Below, piece by piece: positions 61,008 through 64,000 of a DNA stretch of 64,000 bases. The notes under the pieces were generated by a model. It was not told where the DNA came from. It did no database searches and worked only from the letters and a program-made list of their open reading frames with translations. The DNA is taken from the NCBI GenBank assembly GCA_964106915.2, contig OZ066923.1; one strand, written 5' to 3'. The stretch comes from Podarcis gaigeae. Taxonomy: Eukaryota. Made by a program: the position numbers and the translations under genes. Each line of letters starts with the position of its first letter. Position 1 is the first letter of the stretch.

Positions 61008-62435
61008 TAAATCATCATCATCTCATCCCCAGACAGAAAGGCTGAAGTTAGGGAGAAGGCTTAGCTGCTCGTCCTCAACATGCTTACGGAAGAAGGGTAA
61101 TTTCATCATAATAGGTTCTTCCTGCTTCCCTGAAGTGGCACAGCGCAGACACAGGTGTGCCGCAAAAGGGAGAAGTTGCAGAGACAGCTGGAGAAGGAGG
61201 ATGGAAGGAACATGTGCAAGGAGAGTTGATACAGACTGGAAAAGAGTTTGAGATCTAAAGTCCTTTTTGGGGATACACAGTCACCTTGTTGACGAGGGCT
61301 GCCCTTCCTGTGCAGTTCCTGGCTCAAGGAAAGGATAACTGAGCAAGGCACGTTGATAGGGTGACGCTCCCACAACACTCATTCTTCATTGCTGGGAGAA
61401 CCTGTCACTCACCGTCTCAGACAGGTCCCCCGCAAAGAGATAATGGCATCTTCTTTCAGAGTCATCTAGTGGCAGCTGAAGAGAGACATGAGGCAGAGCA
61501 AGATGAGGCAAGAGAGCCTGGCAATGGGATTACAGTCAACTTGCAGGAAAGTTTCACGGCCTTGGAATGAAAAGGTTAAAGGGAGGATGACAGACGATAA
61601 GGCATCTGTCAAGAGGTTGAGCTGCCACGACAACAGATTTTGCTAAGCATGAATTTGCATGCCCATTTTTTGCAAAGAAACTAAGTTCCAGTTTTCAGTC
61701 ACATGGGACACATTTTTAAGAATATTGCCTTAGGCACATAGAAAAGATAGGGCCTTGTTTGTTCTGGCACCTCCCCAATAAAATCCCCTCCACGGAGAGG
61801 CCCAGCAAGTCTGTGCTGTGGGACATTGAGTGAAAAAAGTCCCTTGTTCCACCAGGCTCTGAGAACTGGGAGGCCGCAAAGATGACACCCTACTGCTGAC
61901 TTTATTGCAGTACTTGGCTTTTATTCGGCTGCTTTGCTATGTTTTAAAGGTTGTTTTTATTGTTGTAGTTATTTAGGGAGGCTTTAACGTGCTGAAAGGT
62001 GAAATAACAATGAATGAATGAATGAATGAAGCAGGCAAGCAATCTCCCTCCCTCACAAGAATATTTCATGTGATTCACTTGTAAGAAATGAACAGTCACA
62101 GCACCTTTAAAATTCTGCTGTTGCAATGGAGTTACCAAGTCTTGAAAGGGTGGTCCTTACCAGTTAACTCATGCACATGATCAAGACAGCAACAGCCCTC
62201 TCATGTAGAAAGAAAGTCACTTCACTGAACCCCATTTTTTCTAATTCTTGGGGTGACAGCAGACCAGTCACGCTGCTGAAATCCAATTCTGCGCTCATTC
62301 CAGAACAGATTGTTTTTTATCCACAATTCAAACATGCATATGCAGCATAAGAAGGATTTAAACAACTGGGAGGCCATACTCTGCAGATACCGGAGTTGCC
62401 CACTGAGGCATAATTGCTGCTCCAAGGCTCTAGAC

Positions 62436-62518
62436 CAGGAGTGGGGAACCTACTGGCCCTCCAGATGTTGTTGGACTACAATGCCCATCACCCTCAGTCC
62501 ACAGGTTCCCCATCTCTG
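62436..62518 (+). mobile_element. hAT MITE, internally deleted
   Basis: CAG...CTG termini with perfect 8-bp TSD CTCTAGAC. Confidence 0.85.
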
Positions 62519-62719
62519 CTCTAGACCATCACACAGGCACCTTCCATATGTGTCATGAACTGGCACATATTTAAAAGTCTGGATTCTGCTCCACTAGGGG
62601 CTCAGAAAATGAGTTCTAAGATGCATTATCTATAACACAGTGTCCTAGGTTTCCTATCAAACTGGTGGGCTGACAATCTTGCACATAATCTGAGACAATC
62701 TTCTCAGCAGGAAAACTAA

Positions 62720-62831
62720 ATAATGTTTGATGTTTTAGTGTGGTTTTATAATTTGTTGGAAGCTGCCCAGAGCACCCAGTCAGATGGGTGGCATATAAAT
62801 AATATATTATTATTGTTGTTGTTGTTGTTAC

Positions 62832-62881
<50 letters not shown>
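62720..62881 (+). mobile_element. L2 3' tail with (TTG)n(TTA)n microsatellite
   Basis: TTGGAAGCTGCCCAGAG...CAGATGGG tail motif. Confidence 0.75.
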
Positions 62882-62882
<1 letters not shown>

Positions 62883-64000
62883 CCCTTTAAGGTATCTAGT
62901 GCCAAAAAAGAAGGCAAAGTAGAGAAGGAGGAGGCCAGAAGCAGAGGCTCAAAGGGTCTCAGTTCACTTCCAACCCTTGTCAGAGGAAGTTGCTTCCTCA
63001 GAAGCTCTCCACAGATTTGTGGCAACTGACCAGCCTTGCTTTGAGGGTTCCTCCATGGAACCTGAACAGGTCACCAACCTTCAGAAACATGGTGCTCCCT
63101 TGGCAGGTAAATGGAATTGGATCATTGGGGCTAAGACATCTGAAAACCTTTAAGGTCAAAGAAGAGGCCAAACAGGTAACAAAGAACAGCTGCAAACCAG
63201 TGCAGCCTAAATCAAGCCTATTGTTTCCTTGCCATCCTGTGCAGCCCCCATTTAATGTGCCAAAAACAAAAAGACACTGATTTTACTTCCTGCTTTTCTT
63301 TGTGGAAACATTGACATGTCCTCAGTCAAACATTATCCACTCCTTCAATCAGGCCCCATTTTTCTCAAGGCTCAGGCGGGGCGGTGGAGGGAGGAGGCAG
63401 GAAGTTAAAAGTAATTATTGAAAACTCATAAGCCACAGCTTTAGCCTAATTACCCCAACTCTCTTTTTTAATTTTTGTATTGATTGCCTCCAGCGAACGT
63501 ACAATTATTGACTGAACTCGTGCAGCCTGCCAGTATGGCGATAAGAACAGCAGCCAATGAGAAACAAAATGAAATTAAATGACCCATAAAACTGGGCTAC
63601 CCCTCTGCAAAGTTAAAATAAACTGCATAAAACATCACCATGGGACTGAGTTTTCACAGATGGTGTGTCATGCCCTCCATCTGGCTGCATGCAGTGCTGC
63701 TTTTAGAAGACCTCCTATTGCCACAGCAGCCTCACCACTAGGGGGCAGACTTTCATGGGTGTGCTAAAAAATAGAGCCTAGAATGTTTAAATTCCCCTCT
63801 CGCATATGAAATCCCAACACCTCTCCACACATAAGAAAAATGCATGTGAGGGACAGATCTAGAACCACTTCCCAGGCACGCTTGTTCTTTATGTGCAGCG
63901 ATAATCTCCCCCTCATCAAATTACAGAGTGCAAACACAGCAGGGCTGCCCTCAGGTATTCTGCAAAGCACTATGCACATCAATGGTGCACTATAAATGCC

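Larger units (their letters stand above)
20473..64000 (-). other. EXOC4: EXOC4 large upstream intron (partial, >43 kb)
   Basis: No further Sec8-like ORF up to the window end. EXOC4 has very large central introns in vertebrates. Confidence 0.8.

Overview
Vertebrate DNA, almost certainly from a squamate reptile. The repeat content (Sauria SINEs, BovB, CR1, L2, tRNA-SINEs) points to a lacertid lizard, which is an inference. The window lies inside the EXOC4 (Sec8) gene on the minus strand. It holds two GT-AG coding exons (20253-20472, 220 nt; 2332-2468, 137 nt), a 17.8-kb intron between them and more than 43 kb of the preceding intron. Nearly everything else is transposon-derived or candidate conserved non-coding sequence, and most ORFs in the supplied track are artefacts. 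The strongest signal is a set of four TG...CA solo-LTR-like elements with 5-bp TSDs (7752-8168, 22731-23165, 35731-36492, 39809-41027), plus one possible older copy. Each carries a reading frame open from the second base of the element (T|GTC AGG G.. = VR..). The frame encodes an acidic/Ser-Gly-rich tract, an Arg cluster and a W-containing motif. Two diverged copies align without gaps over 109 codons, share the stop, and differ largely at synonymous sites in the C-terminal half, which indicates protein-level selection inside an LTR. Two of these LTRs inserted about 6 bp apart at the same position of one MITE family. A candidate nested 83-87 aa nuclear-type microprotein ORF (52080-52343) is also flagged.
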